In this document: one piece after another, positions 28,811 through 41,206 of the stretch
Layout: each line of letters starts with the position of its first letter
Position numbering within the stretch: the first letter of the stretch is position 1
From: Eledone cirrhosa
Lineage: Eukaryota
Assembly (NCBI GenBank): GCA_964016885.1
Contig: OZ024741.1
Location: forward strand, 376,588,001-376,652,000
Length of the DNA stretch: 64,000 nt
Direction of reading: 5' to 3'
Program-made: the position numbers and the translations under genes
Notes under the pieces: generated by a model
Databases searched by the model: none
Told to the model about the DNA's origin: nothing
What the model saw: the letters and a program-made list of their open reading frames with translations, nothing else

Positions 28811-29124
28811 ATATGGATTTGTTGTGTATTTGTGTCAATTTTGCAACAATGTCCGTAGGTCTGCTGCTGGACTTAAGCGGCACATTAGAGTTCATAAGAA
28901 GCAAGTTAAGTTTAGGACAGTCCGAGAGCGTCATTTGTGATACACCAGTAAAACAAATCATCTACAGGTTGATGCCTCACTGTCTCCAGACCGAACTGTT
29001 AGATAATTCGGAAGGAACGTAGGCCGACAAAGGGACCTTCCAGTTCCATCAATAAAATGCATGTATGATTTGCATCTTCCTGAATTTTCCCAGAAACCTA
29101 CCGAAGATTTTCATCGATTTATCT

Positions 29125-29336
<212 letters not shown>

Positions 29337-29725
29337 TGCCGTTCTGAAAACCGAGGGGAACCACTAATCAGAGGAGAACTAAATTCACGGCGTGTTGCAG
29401 AGTCGGTATAAGGATAGGGAATATCCCTACCACGGCGCCAAACGGTTTCGACTTGTTTGACGATATATATATATATATATAAATATATAATTCATTTATT
29501 TTTTATCATTTATTTTGTTTTGACATGTTTAGCTTGATTTGGTTTTTGGCTTGGGTAGTTAATGCCTTCTTGACCACCTTTTCAGTTTTGTATGGCTTCT
29601 TAACACATTGTTAAGCTCTGGTTTTAAACTATTGAGCATTTTGCCAGTATCATTTCTGATTTTTGCGTTTCGCTTCGCCTTTCCTGCCCGCCAAAATGCG
29701 ATTCTCGCTGAATCTTTATTTGTAA

Positions 29726-29770
<45 letters not shown>

Positions 29771-29889
29771 AATGGAAGTACAGCATATTCGAAGCTCGAG
29801 CCGCAGCTAAGCCGACGAATGCAATCAGAAGTGCAGCCAAGATATAATACCTTAGAGTAATAACATTCCGTTTAAAGGGCTTTGCAAAT

Positions 29890-30733
29890 TGAAGAGCAAT
29901 ATACTATAAAGTATGTCCATAGAATAATTTGATATTTGATAATATATATTCACCACTTCCTCTCCTTTATAGTATATTGCTCTGATTATTTAATTTATTA
30001 ATTCATCATTGAGCCACATCGTGAATGGTTGCCAAAACATATATATCTGTGACTTTGTCTAGTTTGTGGATATGTAAATCTTTATATTTGATAATCTCCC
30101 ATAAGGTTGAGATGCAATTTGGGCAATATTGGGCTGCGCTTTATAGCAACCAGCCCACTCGCCGTAAGCCACCAATCATATTCTTTCTGACTTGACCATT
30201 GCCACGTCACAGTTCTTAGCCATTTTGAATTCGTTTCTGGCGGGGATTACTTAAGAAAATTCTTTGTCCAAATCAGTTTGTTTCCTGATGAGTTCGAAGC
30301 TCGAGATTTTATCCTTGATAGGGTAGAAACGCGTTCCTGGTATGTGTATATGCATTTTTTCTTCTAACTTTAATTTTATACCTAATTGTGTATGGTTGAC
30401 GGTATATTTAATCGATTTCCACATGCTATTGAAATGTTGGGTAAATATTCTATAGCGGTTGCTCGCGAATAAATTGCTGTCGTTTATTTATCTACTATTT
30501 CTCCATCGGTGCCTTTTAATCTTATAGCCTGGTTTAATTGATTTTTTGTGTGGTTGATTATGCTAATTGGGAGAGGAAATGGTGTATATATATTATCAAA
30601 TGATTCTATGTACATACTTTATAGTATATTGCTCTGATAATTTAATTTATTAATTCATCATTGAGCCACATCGTGAATGGTTGCCAAAACATATATATCT
30701 GTGATTTGTCTAGTTTGTGTATATGTAAATCTT

Positions 30734-30736
<3 letters not shown>
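29890..30736 (+). mobile_element. non-autonomous Penelope-type element with ~120-bp direct terminal repeats and a short inverted 5' piece
   Basis: 29967-30086 is repeated at 30618-30736; 29893-29962 is inverted relative to 30570-30635; degenerate CTGATGA(30285)..GAAACGCGT(30326); diverged relative on the - strand at 40130-40640. Confidence 0.7.
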
Positions 30737-30767
<31 letters not shown>

Positions 30768-30811
30768 CGCATATATAAATATGTGTGTGTGTGTGTGTTT
30801 CTGTGTGTATC

Positions 30812-30858
<47 letters not shown>

Positions 30859-31219
30859 GTAACGTTTGAAAATGTAGTCATTGCAATGCTGATAATTATA
30901 CCATAGTTTAATTCTGTAAATAATTCCCATGTGACCCTGCTAACATAAACCTGGAAGTAACCATTTGAGATAAGTTTGATTTAATTTCTCGCAGGCGTCC
31001 ACATGCAATCGGTGACTACGCAGATTTCAGGACGAAATTATGCATAATAAATGCATACATAATCACACATACTCACTCACAGATACACCCTACCCACTCT
31101 CACACCCACACACCCACACCCACACATCCACACCCACACACACATACATACATACATACATACATACATACATACATACATTTATTCATACATACATACA
31201 CACATACATACATACATAG

Positions 31220-32023
31220 AGGGGATAAACCACTCAAAAAGCCTGGCATGGAGTTCCGACAAGTTTATGACATCACACCTTAGGGATATCTCTATGCAAT
31301 ACATGAACAAGAACTCCTACCAAATATCTGCTGCACAAAAGAAGAGGGCCATCAGCTGACAATAAATGTAGGCTATGTAAAACAAAGATCGAGGATGTAA
31401 GCCACATTGTTGCCAGCTGCGAAAGAATGTCATCTCGCTACTACCTCCCCATGAGACACGATGGGATAGCTAGAACCATCTGGAACGCACTTCGGAAAAC
31501 AAAATTAACAACAAACGAGGAAGAATATATTGAGACAGATGGCACTAAGGAATACTGGTGGAACCTGAAAATAAAAACTGCCACCAAATTAAAGCACAAC
31601 CTGCCTGATATTGTTGTTTGGGACCACACATTGAAAACGTGTTCTGTTGTGGAGATCAGCTGCCCACTTGAAGTAAACGTTGTCAGAAAAATACAGGAGA
31701 AGGAGGACATCTACGGACCATTAATGAGAAGTTTAAAAATCCAGTATCCAAGATACACCTTTAGCTTCATACCCATCATTATTGGAGCTACGGGTTATAT
31801 ACCAACCCGCTAGGACCAAAGTATGACTGAACTTGGATTTGCGGACAAAAAGCGCAGCTCCCTAATTCATAGTCTACAAATGGCTGCGATAGCTGGCACC
31901 TTCAAAATTTGCAAAACATTCTTGCGATTCAAGGGATGACAATTTCTTTTCATTTACAACCTTGCCACCAGGAAGGTGTCCGGTAAACAAAAATGTACTC
32001 GAAATTAAGAGAAAGAGATAAAG
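31220..32023 (+). mobile_element. 5'-truncated RLE-type (R4/Dong-like) non-LTR retrotransposon 3' end
   Basis: CRLCKTKIEDVSHIVASC zinc knuckle, RHD, KHNLPDIVVWD..VVEISCP restriction-like endonuclease, KEDIYGPL, IPIIIGATG; flanked on both sides by (CATA)n. Confidence 0.85.
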
Positions 32024-32117
32024 ATACATACATACATACATACATACATGATGGCTGCCCCCTCATTATCGAGTATGGCCACTGCACGAGGAGAAAGAAA
32101 AATAAAAAAAAATAAAA

Positions 32118-32155
<38 letters not shown>

Positions 32156-32337
32156 CATACGTATATACACACACACACACATACTCACACACACATACAC
32201 ACACGCACATACATTAATAATAATAATAATAACAACAACAATAATAATAACGCCAACGACAATAATAATATACATATATATATACACACACACGCATACA
32301 CATAAGCATATCTACACACAAACACGCACGATAGCAA

Positions 32338-35300
32338 CTAACAGCGCTGCGATCGAATGTGGCTTTTTAGCCCAGCAAATGATCTAAAATTTCTTGCACA
32401 GAGTCGGCAACCAAAACATTCACTGGGAATAGTCGGCTGTGGTTGGAGTTCATGTACCTTTGCATGTCGCTTGAGCCCTCCTGCTGATTTACATTCTCTA
32501 CCACATGTTTGGCAAGCATGATGAGTAGCATCTCCAACAGCAGCTTGGTAGTCAACCACTGGTCTTACTTTATGACTGCGAAGATGACTTTCGAGTCAAG
32601 CTTTGCTTAGGCAGAGTCTCGCACATACGCTGCATGTCAGCACCATAGGAGGACCCTCGCCGTCTGGAAGTGCAACAGCAATGTCCTTCCTCACATCCCG
32701 CTTTACTTTCTCGTATGCGATTCGAGATGCCTCAAAGGCAACGTTTCCCTCATATACAGTCTTTCTCCATTTATTACGATCAGCAGCAATATTCTCCCAT
32801 GTATCAGCAGAGATGTTAGCGTCTTTCAGAGAGGCTTTCAAGGAATCCTTATACCTCTCTTTTGGTTTATGTGGCGGTCGTTTTCCTTTAACCAACTCTC
32901 CATAAAAGAGTTGTTTTGGTATTCTAGAATCCTTCATCCTGGCAAGCTGACCACTCCAACGGAGTCGTTGCTTCAGCACAAGAGCTTCTATACTGTCACA
33001 CATAGAGCTTTCCAAAATCTCGACATCACTGATGTGGTCCCTCCAGTGAACGCCATGGATCCGTCTGAGACACATCTGATGGAAATGCTCCAATTGCTTA
33101 AGGTGGTGTCGATATGTGACCCAGGTCTCGCAGGCATAAAGAAGACAAGAGAGCACACATGCCCTGTACACCTTTACCTTTGTCCTCCTGCATATGTCTC
33201 GCCGACCCCAGAGTCGCCTTTCTAGCTTTCCGAAAGCATCACTTGCTTTCCTAATCCTAAGTGATATTTCACTGTCAAGGTGACAGTGCTTCCCTGTTAG
33301 ACAAACTGATCAACCGCTCCAAGTCGTTTGCCATACACATAGATGTTTGGTTCAGTGTACTGCTTACCAGGGGCAGGTTGGTACATGACGACGGTCTTCT
33401 TGAGACTGACAGTCAGACTTAGGGCAGTGCAAGCATCAGAAGATGCATTCAAAATGTGCTGCATATCACTCTCTGTGTGCGCTACAGGATCGCAATCATC
33501 TGCATACTAGAGGTCTCTTATGATTGATGTAAATACTTTTGTCTTCGCAGCAAAGCGCCTGATGTTAAATATGCTGCCTGAGGTCCGATATCGGATGTAA
33601 ACACCATGCTCGCAATTCCTGAATGCAATACAGAAAACCATTGCAAAGTATATGGCAAACAGGGTCGGTGCTGGAATATCCCCCTGTTTCACTCCATCTT
33701 TTACTGAGATAGGCTCCGACATGTTACCCCCGACATTAACCCAAGCCTTCATGTCTTCATGGAAAGACCTTACTAAAGCAAGGAACTTATCAGGCCAACC
33801 AAGTTTCTGGAGAACCTTCCATAATGCATCTCTGTTAACAGTATCGAAAGATTTTGTCAGATCGACAAAAACCTGATACAGATCCAAGCCTTGTTCCATG
33901 CACTTCTCCTGGAGCTGTCTAGCTGAGAAGATCATATCAGTAGTGCCGCGTCCAGCACGAAAACCAGATTGACTTTCAGGGAGAACACAATCTGCAATGT
34001 GTGTCAGCACACGGTCCAGAAGCACCCTACATAAAACTTTCCCTACGACAGAAAGCAATGATATACCTCTGTAGTTCCCACAATCGTTCCTGTTACCCTT
34101 TCCCTTGTACAAGACCACCATTACTGCATCTCTCCAGTCCTCAGGTACGGATTCATTAGCCCATATCCTGCCAAACAAAGAGTGAAGATGTTGCAGGAGT
34201 CTCTCACCACCATATTGTAGGAGCTCAGCGTGTATGCCATCCATACCTGGAGATCTTCCACTGTTCAGCTTCGAAATAGCCACTGCAACCTCCACAAGCG
34301 TCGGAGGTTCTGCGAGAGCTACTTTCACAGGACTTTCTGGAATGAGATTGAGGAAATCTTCACTGACGACAGACGGCTGATTCAAAAGATCATCAAAGTG
34401 CTCTCGCCACCTTCGTAGAATTCCTTGTGAGTCATGAAGAAGTTATTTGCCATCCTTGCTGCGACGCGGTGTCACCAAAGAAGAAGACGGTCCATAAACC
34501 TCACGCAAGAGACTGTACAACAGCTTTGTGTTATTGGAATCAGACGCAGTTTGTATCTCACCAGCCTTCTCACTCCACCACTGATCCTTCATCTGAGAAA
34601 GACTCCGCCTAACACGTGATTTTATATCGCTGAGTTCCTCATGCAACGTATTCCTCTCCTGTAGTTTTGCCGTCAAGTAGCGTGACAGAACACGCCTCTT
34701 ATCAGCCAACAAGTCTTCTATGTGTACATCATTCTCATTAAACCAGTCCTGATGTTTCCTCTGCGCCAATCCCAGAACACGCCTGCCTACACCATAAACC
34801 GACTTTTTAAGGGTCGGCCAATCCTCACCAAGATCTGCAGCCTGCATCTCTTCTTCCAATGTCCTCTTCACATTTTTATCCTTAAGACGAGCAGCATTCA
34901 ATCTTTTAGGCAGGGCAACACCAGGAGCCCGGATTTTACGTTTAGTGATTAGTTTCACTTTTGCGCGTACCAGGCGGTGGTCCGTCCAGCACTCTGCTCC
35001 ACGAAGAACACGAACACACTGCACATCCTGTCTGTCACGCATCCTGACTAGGACGTAGTCCAAAAGATGCCATTCCTTAGATGCAGGATGCATCCATGTG
35101 GTCTTGAATTTGTTCTTTTGTTGGAACATGGTATCGTAACACACAGATCCATTCCTCACACATCTGCAGCAGGAGCATACCATTGCTGTTACACTTTCCC
35201 ACCCCATGCCTTCCGATTACATTCCATGTGTTAAAATCCCTACCCACTCTAGCATTAAAGTCACCAAGCACGATGACTTTGTCTGCCTGAGGGATATTTC

Positions 35301-35800
35301 TTAAAACACCTTTCAAGGCATGGTAAAAGGACACCTTTTCCTTATCGACAGAACTCATAGTTGGAGCATACACACTCCCCAGGGTAGCATATCTTCCCTT
35401 GTCCAGCGGAACTCTCATGGACATAAGACGTTCACTAATCCCTACTGGGAATTCTTCTAATTTGTTCACAAGTACAGTCTTAACAGCAAATCCTACCCCA
35501 GCCTCTCTTCTGGTTCCTTCATCTCTTCCTTTCCAGAAGAATGTATATTCTCCACAAAATTCCGTAAGATGACCATCTCCAGCTAACCTCGTCTCAGATA
35601 AAGCCATGTTGTCAAGATCGTAACGTCGAAGCTCCTTTGGAACAAGAGCGGTCCTTCGTTCAGGACGCTCCAAGGAATCCCTGTCAAGTAGCGTCCGTAC
35701 GTTCCAGCAGCCAAGACTAAATGCCTTGTTTGGCTCTATTACAATGGCACGATACGAGCGGACCCAGGCTGTGATAACCTGGTGCCCCTGCCCTTATTGC
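32338..35800 (-). mobile_element. RTE/BovB-like LINE, near-complete ORF (APE endonuclease + RT + C-terminal C2H2 fingers), with frameshifts and stops
   Basis: GCWNVRTL, ALSETRL, GVGF, SVYAPT, LGDFNARVG, LLDYVL, WTDHRLV, SPGMDGI, NYRGISLLS, ESQSGFR, FVDLTKSFD, GVKQG, YADD after a stop at ~33507, LLYACETW, RLRWSG. Confidence 0.95.
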
Positions 35801-35949
35801 CAATGATCTTTTTTGTTCCAGAACCTAAATTGCCAATTATCTCTTTTATATTGTTCTGGAACATCATTGAATTGAAAAAAAAAAAAAGGTAATAATAATA
35901 GTAATAATAATAATAATAATAATAATAGTACACTATTAATAATTATTAA

Positions 35950-36230
35950 TGCACTCGTGCAATGCCTGTGCGTGACGAATATTTTTAAAGTGAGGAAAGA
36001 CTGTGCACTGAGCCAATCCCACTCTCTGAGCGACAGTAGCTATAACCCGAAAAGATAGAAAAGATCAACATCATCGGTAACTACTGAGCCGCAGGTTTTA
36101 TGTCGGAGTTAACCCAGTTTCCTGAGATGCCTTTTCCTAGAAGAATGCCCTGATAAGGGCTAGGGGTCCTTCACTCCCAGTGGTTTAACTGCGCGATCGG
36201 GCATCCTGCCCGATTATTTCTATGTCCCTG
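35950..36230 (-). other. GC-richer segment, probable 5' UTR of the RTE element, separated from it by an AT/(TAA)n stretch
   Basis: Position upstream of the RTE ORF, similar base composition, 8-bp hairpin at 36196-36214. Confidence 0.4.
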
Positions 36231-36351
36231 CGCAAAAAAAAATCACTTTTTGACACTTATACGTACGACATACACACACGCGCATACATATGCGCGCACA
36301 CAGCAACACTCATACATACAAACAAATACACACACGCTACTCTACTCACTT

Positions 36352-36386
<35 letters not shown>

Positions 36387-37639
36387 CATACATACATACA
36401 TACATACATACACACATACATACATACACTCACCATTAACATATGTATTACTGTTTTATCTGATTTAATCTTGTTAGATTATCTGAAATTAGACGTAATA
36501 AATCTTAATTCCTCATTCTTAAATATTTCATTAATGCGTAGATCAATATTCTCTTTCAGGTTAATTTTGTTTGCTTCACTGCCAATGTCATGCATATATC
36601 CTTAATAATTTAGATAGTTCATTAGATATCATTAATCAGTTAAAACGATTAGGATCTCCCCATTTTAATTTGTTTTATGCATTAATTATCCTCGACGTTG
36701 TTTCGCCTGAAGCAGGGGATAACGATATTTATTACTCAGTAGTGATGGAGAAGAGGCAACAGATTTCGTTGCGTGGTACATGAGATTTCTCATACAATGA
36801 AAGCCATTATTGTCCAAGTGATTGATCTCAATATTCCTGCCGTTATAATTCATTTTCTGTGTACTTTAACAAGTAATATTGAATTTACGCATATATATTG
36901 TTGCAAATATTAATGTGAGCAATCACTTGAGAGTTAACTTGTAGTATAAGATGTTTATCATTTTAGTTCCATAAAATGCTGGGTAAGATTTCAATTGTAG
37001 CCTGTTGTTGTTTATATGAAGAAGCAACACAAGGCAATATAATCTTTGTTGCAGAAGCGATATCTGATGATTTACGAACTTCAATACGTTTAAATTCCAA
37101 TGGTCATTTAGCAATGATATTTTCACCACATTATATTTGTAGTCATTTTTCCCTATACCCTGTCTGGAAAAATGTATCAAGCAATATCTCTACCTAATTT
37201 CTTCCGTCCAGACGAAGTAGTTCCACAATTTAACATGAAATATGTAACTTATACATACCTTCGAGGCATTAGTCACAAAGAACCAGTGTATATATATAAA
37301 CATACACACACACTGACACCAGTGTGTGTCAGTGTGGGTGTATCTTTATATATTCCCCCTTCTTCTTCTGATGGATAGAGTACTGCCCTGATTTGTAGTC
37401 TCCTCTTGTCGGCACACCAAACTTTATATACTATATTATATTATATTATATTATGTTATATCATATTATATTATATTTTGTTTTGGTGGGTTTTGGCGGG
37501 TAGATTCAAAAGTGTGAACAAAGAATTTATTCACAGCCTCGAAGTAAGCTCTCAACAAGATTTTCAAACAAACAATTAAACAATTAATTAATTAATTAGT
37601 TAATTAATTAATTATAAAGTCTAGCAGAAAATAATAATA

Positions 37640-38012
37640 ATAGTGAGTATAACCGAAGTTGCAGATGCGTAGCAGATTGGCATACGATTTTTGAAGGCTG
37701 TCACAAAGCATTCGATGAGAGAGTAGTGAATAAGTTACTCCGCAGAGTGAACACAATAAGTTAGGTAATAGTGACATAATGTAAAGTGCGACCAGAGGAA
37801 TGTTGCCATATTAATGCTACGACAATATTAATGTAATATTAATGTGGCAACATGCCTCTGGTCCCATTTTCCATTGTGTCACTATTACCTAACTTATTTT
37901 GTTCACTCTGAGAGATAATTTATTCACTACTCTCTCATCAAGTCCTCTGTGACACCCTTAGAAAATCGGATGCGAATCTGCTATTCGCCGCTGGAACTTC
38001 GGTTATTCTCAT
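37640..38012. repeat. old diverged ~175-bp inverted repeat (fold-back)
   Basis: taaccgaagtt..gagagagtagtgaataa..aataagttaggtaatagtgacat..gaccagaggaatgttgccatattaat versus attaatgtggcaacatgcctctggtc..gtcactattacctaacttatt..aacttcggtta. Confidence 0.85.
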
Positions 38013-39157
38013 TATTTTATATATATATACTATAGTATAGGTTTGGTAGAAATAACCAAGAGTAACACCACTCAATCCATAGGACGAGTTAAGTATGATT
38101 AGTTACAACAGTGCCATATACAGATGTATATGTTTCGTTGGGTTATAGCCATTCAAACTATTATATAAAAAGGAGAAAGCTAGCACAGATTGATTTAGAA
38201 AATATGCGAGAGTTGTTCACGAACAGATAATGTACGATTTAGCTATAAATAACCGAAATTTTAGTTCGTATAACGGGAGGTAACTATAAAAAAACCACAA
38301 AGGTACGGAACTTGTGCAGAGTTAGAAATTAACAAAATTAAATTCCTTGGAATTAAAAGTAGTTAGTCTGGTCTATACAGTTTTTGCAGAATGAATATCG
38401 CTTCGCGTCAACAGCGTCTCGAGGGATATATTTATTGATTACATTAGATAATTGTTGATATCATCTTCCCATAGCACCGCATGGCCTCTTAAAATGCTTC
38501 TTTGTTTCAGCTATCAAAGGCTGACCGTCATTTTAACACCTACTGCTAAGGAATTTACCCCCGACCAGGTACCAGAGTAAGTAGACGATCTCAGACTTTG
38601 GTGTAATGTTGGCGCTCAATGAAACAAATTATGTGTAAGACAAGGATTAACATTGGTGGATAAGATCCGTGGGTGGTGTTTCTAGGGGATCCAGCAGGAG
38701 CAATTGGAGACCATTGTGACTAACTGAACACAGACGACGCGCTGGACTACGCTGCCTCCACGAGTCACCCAGCAATAAATGGGGGACGAAGAAGAAGAAA
38801 AGCTGAAGAAGAAAACAGAAATTTAGAACTCAGATATACACGCTGGAGCTTCTATACTGCCGAAGCATAATGATTAAAACAAATAAAGATGTAAAATGTG
38901 TTCAAATATACAATTGATTGGAGGCTGGTTTAATGGAATTATGAGTATGGGTCAGTAGTTGGATTACCGGTAATTTGGATGTTACCTGAGTTTAGGCGTT
39001 TGATGTATGTATATTTGGCTTGGATTCAACGATGGGTCTGATTTACTGAATGTGTTTGTTAGCGGATTATTATCTGCCTTGTCCTCGAGATTGGTTTTGA
39101 TTTTATGGTTGTATTTTGTAAACGGGATTAGGCAATTGATGGTGTCAGATTTACACA

Positions 39158-39281
<124 letters not shown>

Positions 39282-39282
39282 G

Positions 39283-40060
39283 TTATACGTTGGGAGAGTC
39301 ATGTTGCCAATAAGAAACACACGCACCAGTTTCTTTCACTCCAATTTATTATAAATTAAAATTATTAATTCCCGGTTGGTTGGTTCCATAATTCTTTCGT
39401 CACACACTCTGTGACCTCTTCAGTGACTGGAGATTATTTTCTTTGTTTTTTGCCTCTCCTTTGTTCTGTCCAACGCCATCTTGTTTTTGTGTGTGTTGTG
39501 TGCTTAGTTTGCGAATGTGTTACATCCGGGTGTCTGGGTGTGTTTGTATTTGTTTATTTACATGTTACTGTTTGGTTGTTTGAATGAACTCCAACCAAAA
39601 TTAAATAGAAAACATGAATGGAATAGCAACATCACAACTTACAATTAAGGACAAAATGAAAAAAAACATACGCATAGAACAAACAACCAACCAGTAACAT
39701 GTAAATAAACAATAAATAAACAAATAAAAACACACACAGACACCCGGATGTAACACATGCGCAAACTAAGCGCACAACACACACACAAACAAGATGGCGT
39801 AGGACCAAACAAAGGAGAGGCACAAAACAAAGTAAGAGATCACATAATGTGTGACGAAAGAACTTTGACAATATATGAACAACCGTCCGGTTATGGAACC
39901 AACCAACCAACCGGAAATTTATAACTTCTTAAATTTATAATAAATTGTAGTGAAAGAATCTGGTGCGTGTGTTTCTTATTGGCAACATGACCCTCCCAAA
40001 GTATAACAATATCGGTTTGAACACACCTTTTCAGATAAAGAATCATGCTAAACAAATTTA
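39283..40060. mobile_element. Penelope-type inverted pLTR pair
   Basis: 39283-39585 is the reverse complement of ~39676-40008; partial HHR (CTGAAGA-g-gtcaca/tgtgac-GAAA) on the - strand at 39390-39428; terminal sequence shared with 11918-11990. Confidence 0.78.
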
Positions 40061-40356
40061 GAAACGAAATATATATATATATATATCATAAAACATGTCT
40101 ATAGAATCACCAGATAAAATATATAACATTTCCTCTCCCAATTAGCATAATTAACCATGTAAAAAATCGAATAGACCAGGCTATAAGAATAAGGCTTCTA
40201 TGAAGAAATCTCCAACAAATAACCGAAACTAGCCCTTCGCGTCGGCTGCGACGGAATATTTATCGAATATTTCGACAGCGTAATCGCCCAAATATACAGT
40301 CAATTAAACAGAATTAGGTGTAAAATAAACTAGGAGAAAAGAGAATACATTTATTT

Positions 40357-40443
40357 ACCTCGACCATGGTTTCGTCCGCATTTTGAGATTTCCAATAATT
40401 ATGTAATAATTATGTAACTCGAGCATCGGATTCATCAGGAGAT
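40357..40443 (-). ncRNA. type I hammerhead motif with palindromic helix III
   Basis: Reverse complement: atctc-CTGATGA-a-tccg...cgga-c-GAAAC-catg-GTC-gaggt. Confidence 0.72.
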
Positions 40444-40687
40444 TTGCTCTGATCTAGAGACTAGATTTTCCAAAGTGATCGCGCCAAGAATACATTCAAA
40501 AATGGCTAAGAATCGTGACGTAGCAGCGGTCAGGTTGGAAGGAGTGTGGTCAGTTGCTTACGGCTGGTTGCTTTTTGTGAGAAAGCACAGCACAATACAG
40601 CCAAATTTGTATCTCAACCTAATGGGAGATTATTACAAATCGTCAATTCTGTGTGTGTGTGTATGTGTTTGTGTGTGTGTGTGTGCG

Positions 40688-40915
40688 TGAAATCCCTTGT
40701 TCGACAGATTTGACGATAGTGTTCTTGATAGATATAGGACGATTAGAGTTATAACTTACATAGTTTAGATTATCATAAATTTTATGGAATGGATAGTAGA
40801 GCCGTGTGTTGAGGTTTAATGTTACGTCTAAAAAGTTAACAATTTTGTAGTTATGCTCCATTTCTAACTTAAGGTTGTAGCTATTGAAGATTTGCATTAT
40901 TTATTTTCTTTCACA
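40688..40915 (-). pseudogene. Penelope-like RT fragment
   Basis: IFNSYNLKLEMEHNYKIVNFLDVTLNLNTRLYYPFHK..LNYVSYNSNRP, homologous to the 7710-7920 region (NFLDINLDL..YHKPNENLKYINKGSCHPP). Confidence 0.82.
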
Positions 40916-40922
40916 ATTACTA

Positions 40923-40966
<44 letters not shown>

Positions 40967-41125
40967 CATAGTAATATATAAATCATAGTAATTCACTTTC
41001 ATCCTGACGTCACTAGCCCCGTTTTTCCTCATGTGTGTTTTCATATTCACGCATGATGGCGAACTAGCCAGTTTTAGAAGTCCCTTTTCGAATTATAATA
41101 CTGTGGTAGCCCTGGTTTCTGTTGA

Positions 41126-41206
41126 GCTCTGCTGACGATTGAAATCCAACCGTGACCATCTCCACTGAAAGTTTTCATGAAATAGTCTTTTAAGACTATA
41201 CAAAGC
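41126..41206 (+). ncRNA. hammerhead motif, monomer 1 (core intact, one stem I mismatch)
   Basis: gctctg-CTGACGA-ttgaaa..tttcat-GAAA-tagtcttttaagacta-TA-caaagc. Confidence 0.65.

Noticed and set aside
29415-29462. Minus-strand GAAAC..GTA resembling a hammerhead 3' half
   Set aside because: No CUGANGA box before the (TA)n; insufficient support
35950-36230. HDV-like ribozyme at the RTE 5' end
   Set aside because: Only an 8-bp hairpin is evident; I could not fit the nested double pseudoknot by eye
38802-38830. CTGAAGA..GAAA
   Set aside because: Lies in a GAA-rich run with no helices; chance match
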